This document shows, in pieces, positions 29,342-32,000 of a DNA stretch of 32,000 nt. Under the pieces are notes generated by a model, which was not told where the DNA came from, searched no databases, and saw nothing but the letters and a program-made list of their open reading frames with translations. Location: contig NZ_OZ060402.1 of assembly GCF_964059045.1 (NCBI RefSeq), positions 210,001-242,000 on the forward strand, in the 5' to 3' direction. The position numbers were made by a program, and so were the translations under genes. This DNA is from Candidatus Saccharimonadota bacterium (GTDB lineage: Bacteria > Pseudomonadota > Gammaproteobacteria > Enterobacterales > Enterobacteriaceae). The first letter of the stretch is position 1. Each line of letters begins with the position of its first letter.

Positions 29342-30148
29342 ATGATTTATTGTGTTACAGCTGTTTTAGTTAAAGCATTGAGACAACGTACTGGTGTTGG
29401 TATTATGGAATGTAAAAGAGCACTTTTAGAAGAAAATGGTAATCTTGAATTAGCTGTTGATAATTTAAGAAAAAATGGTTTAACTCGAGCATTAGAAAAG
29501 CGATCAAAAATTGCGTCACAAGGGTCTATTTTTGTTTATGTCAATAATAATATAGGTGCAATTTTAGAAGTTAACTGTGAAACTGATTTTGTTGCTAGAA
29601 GCATTGATTTTTTAAAATTTGGAAAAGAAATTATTCGAACAGCAGTGTTAAAAAAAATTTCAAATCTTGATATATTGAAAAATACATTTGAATCATTAAG
29701 ATTAAATTTAATTGCAAAAGTTGCTGAAAATATTATTATTCGTAGATTTAAATTAATAGCAGGTCGTAATAAAATAGGTTCTTATGTTCATGTTTCTCGT
29801 ATTGGTGTATTGTTAAATTCTAATTTAAATGATCTTGATTTAGTTAAAAAAATAGCGATGCATATTGCAGCTAGTAAACCAGAGTATATAAGCATAGAAG
29901 ATATACCAAATGATGTTTTAGATCGAGAGAAAAAAATTCAACTGGATTTAGTAAAAAAATCTAAAAAATCTTTAATAATTACTCAAAAAATTGTTAATGG
30001 CAAGATGAGTAAATTTATGAGTGAAATTTCTTTATTAGAGCAAGATTTTATTTTAGATACTAAAATAAAAGTAAAAGATTTTTTAAATCAACATTCAGGA
30101 AGAGTGGAATCTTTTGTTCGATTTGAACTTGGCGATTCAATTAAATAA
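29342..30148 (+). CDS. tsf: Elongation factor Ts
   Basis: Colinear with E. coli EF-Ts (TAVLVKALRQRTGVGIMECKRAL, ILEVNCETDFVA, IAMHIAASKPEYI). The ORF track starts at TTG 29312. ATG 29342 matches the E. coli N-terminus and is preceded by AAGGA 8 nt upstream. It ends about 15 aa earlier than the E. coli protein. Confidence 0.93.
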   Translation: MIYCVTAVLVKALRQRTGVGIMECKRALLEENGNLELAVDNLRKNGLTRALEKRSKIASQGSIFVYVNNNIGAILEVNCETDFVARSIDFLKFGKEIIRTAVLKKISNLDILKNTFESLRLNLIAKVAENIIIRRFKLIAGRNKIGSYVHVSRIGVLLNSNLNDLDLVKKIAMHIAASKPEYISIEDIPNDVLDREKKIQLDLVKKSKKSLIITQKIVNGKMSKFMSEISLLEQDFILDTKIKVKDFLNQHSGRVESFVRFELGDSIK

Positions 30149-30231
30149 TTATTTTTAAAAATTTTTAATTATTACTTCTATTTTTATGAATATACATTTT
30201 CATATTTTTATTTAATTAGGTTTACACAATA

Positions 30232-30975
30232 ATGACCATTATGAAAAAAAATAAACCTATATATCGACGTATTTTATTAAAAATAAGTGGTCAAACATTA
30301 CAAAAAAACATTAATGGATTTGGAATAGATATTCAATCAATTGATCGTCTTGTCAAAGAAATTAAAATTTTAGTAGATTATGGTGTAGAAATTGGATTAG
30401 TTATAGGTGGTGGTAATTTATTTCGAGGTTTTCATTTAAAACAATTAGGAGTAAATAAAATTATTTCTGATCAAATAGGCATTTTATCTACTGTGATCAA
30501 TAGTTTAGCCGTGAAAGATGCAATTCATAGAGCATCTATGAATGTTCATTTAATGTCTGCAATTAAAATTAATGGTATTTGTGAAGGTTATGATTATGAA
30601 AAAGCTATTCATTTATTATCAAATCAACATGTTGTTATTTTTGCAGCAGGAATAGGAAATCCGTTTTTTACTACTGATTCAGCTGCATGTTTAAGAGGAA
30701 TTGAAATTCAAGCTGATATTCTTCTTAAAGGAACTAAAGTCAATGGAGTATATAATTTAGATCCAGAAAAAAATTTAAATGCTGTTATGTATAAACAACT
30801 AAGTTATCATACGGTATTAAAACATGAATTTCAAGTAATGGATTTATCAGCTTTTACTTTAGCCAGGGATCATTGTTTGCCAATTCGTGTTTTTAATATT
30901 AATAAATCTGGAGCTTTGCATCGTATTATATTAGGAGAAAATGAAGGTACATTAATTACTACTTCTAATAATTAA
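30232..30975 (+). CDS. pyrH: UMP kinase
   Basis: Colinear with E. coli PyrH ([72 protein letters not shown]). The alternative start ATG 30241 cannot be excluded. Confidence 0.94.
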   Translation: MTIMKKNKPIYRRILLKISGQTLQKNINGFGIDIQSIDRLVKEIKILVDYGVEIGLVIGGGNLFRGFHLKQLGVNKIISDQIGILSTVINSLAVKDAIHRASMNVHLMSAIKINGICEGYDYEKAIHLLSNQHVVIFAAGIGNPFFTTDSAACLRGIEIQADILLKGTKVNGVYNLDPEKNLNAVMYKQLSYHTVLKHEFQVMDLSAFTLARDHCLPIRVFNINKSGALHRIILGENEGTLITTSNN

Positions 30976-31113
30976 ATTCATTTGAGTTTTTTAGATAATT
31001 AATAATTTTAAATAAAAAAATAATTTTTTTATTTTTTATTAGTAATAAAAATTGTCTTTAGTAAATATTTATATATTTTATTAAATAAAAATAAATCTTG
31101 GATAGGTATATAT

Positions 31114-31671
31114 ATGATATTGGAATTACAACAAGATGCTGAGAATAAAATGATTCACTGTGTTACGTTATTTAAAAATAATATTAATAAATTAAGAACT
31201 GGTAAAGCTTCACCAGAAATATTAGATAGTATTCATATTAAATATTTTGGTGTAAATAAATTATTAAGAAATATATCTAATATATCTGTCGAAGATTCTC
31301 GTACTTTAAAAGTGCATGTTTTTGATAAATCAATTAGTATTTTAGTACAAAAATCCATTATAAATGCTGATTTAGGTTTAAATATTAGTCTTTTAGGAGA
31401 TATAATTCGTGTTTCATTTCCAATTTTAACAGAAGAAAGAAGAAAAAAATTAATTAAATTAGTTCGTTTAGAAGCTGAGCAAAGTAGAATTGCTATTCGT
31501 AATATTCGTAGATTATTTAATGAAAAAATAAAAAAACTTTTAAAGAAGAATATTATAACTAAAGATTTAGATCATAGTAGTCAAATAAATATTCAAAATA
31601 AAACTAATCAATATATAAAAAATATAGATTGTGTTTTACTTAGTAAAGAAAAAGAGTTAATGACGTTTTAA
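31114..31671 (+). CDS. frr: Ribosome recycling factor
   Basis: 185 aa, the same length as E. coli Frr and colinear with it (INKLRTGKASPEILD, VEDSRTLKVHVFD, LTEERRKKLIKLVR.EAEQSRIAIRNIRR, KEKELMTF). Confidence 0.94.
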   Translation: MILELQQDAENKMIHCVTLFKNNINKLRTGKASPEILDSIHIKYFGVNKLLRNISNISVEDSRTLKVHVFDKSISILVQKSIINADLGLNISLLGDIIRVSFPILTEERRKKLIKLVRLEAEQSRIAIRNIRRLFNEKIKKLLKKNIITKDLDHSSQINIQNKTNQYIKNIDCVLLSKEKELMTF

Positions 31672-31868
31672 ATTTAGAATTGATGTTCTATGTTAGAAAA
31701 AGTATTATATTAATTTTTTATCAATATATAACATTTCATATATTAATGATAATGAATAATTTATTTTTATTTTGGAATGGCATTTTTTTTTTATAAATAA
31801 TTATTTTTGTTACATTTAATAAATTCTTAATTAAATGATTATTTTTAGAAGGGTATTATTTTTTATTT

Positions 31869-31929
31869 TAAATATATACAATATTTTTAAAAAATTTTTT
31901 CAATTTTTTAAAAATATTGTATATATTTA
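31869..31929. repeat. 61-nt perfect hairpin (28-bp stem, 5-nt loop ttttc) downstream of frr
   Basis: I verified pair by pair that 31869-31896 is complementary to 31902-31929 with no mismatch. The loop is 31897-31901. There is one G:C pair; the rest are A:T. It lies about 200 bp after the frr stop. Confidence 0.9.
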
Positions 31930-32000
31930 TTTATCATTAACATTATTTAGAATTTTATATTTTTTAAAAAAATTAAAAATATTAATATTTAATAAAAATA

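Overview
This window is extremely AT-rich, roughly one-fifth G+C by eye, and its spacers are almost pure A/T. It looks like a strongly genome-reduced gammaproteobacterial insect endosymbiont. Every long ORF is a close, colinear homologue of an E. coli housekeeping protein; I compared against E. coli sequences from memory and ran no search. The gene order is leuC-leuD-leuA-secA-coaE-guaC-aceE-aceF-lpdA-mtnN-erpA-ftsZ-ftsA-rsmH-ilvH-ilvI-apbE-degP-dapD-map-rpsB-tsf-pyrH-frr. From secA onward this is the arrangement I recall for Buchnera aphidicola, so I read the window as a very reduced Buchnera-like chromosome. The genetic code is standard: Trp is TGG and TGA ends degP. I support 23 intact CDSs (leuC is cut by the window edge) and one frameshifted gene (apbE). 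I could not support any rRNA, tRNA, CRISPR array, IS or transposon, phage gene or defence gene, and I see no evidence for a novel multi-gene system. This is core syntenic housekeeping DNA. The observations worth a second look are: (1) a 125-bp perfect palindrome between lpdA and mtnN; (2) ftsA and rsmH separated by only 630 bp of non-coding DNA where the whole peptidoglycan/divisome block of the dcw cluster normally lies, while ftsZ and ftsA stay well conserved; (3) apbE broken by a single extra base inside an A11 homopolymer; (4) chromosomal leucine genes in a permuted order beside secA; (5) further long perfect A/T hairpins in spacers; (6) gene-sized AT-only spacers at positions where relatives carry genes. 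Several ORF-track starts are too far upstream, and I moved them using alignment to E. coli N-termini and Shine-Dalgarno position.
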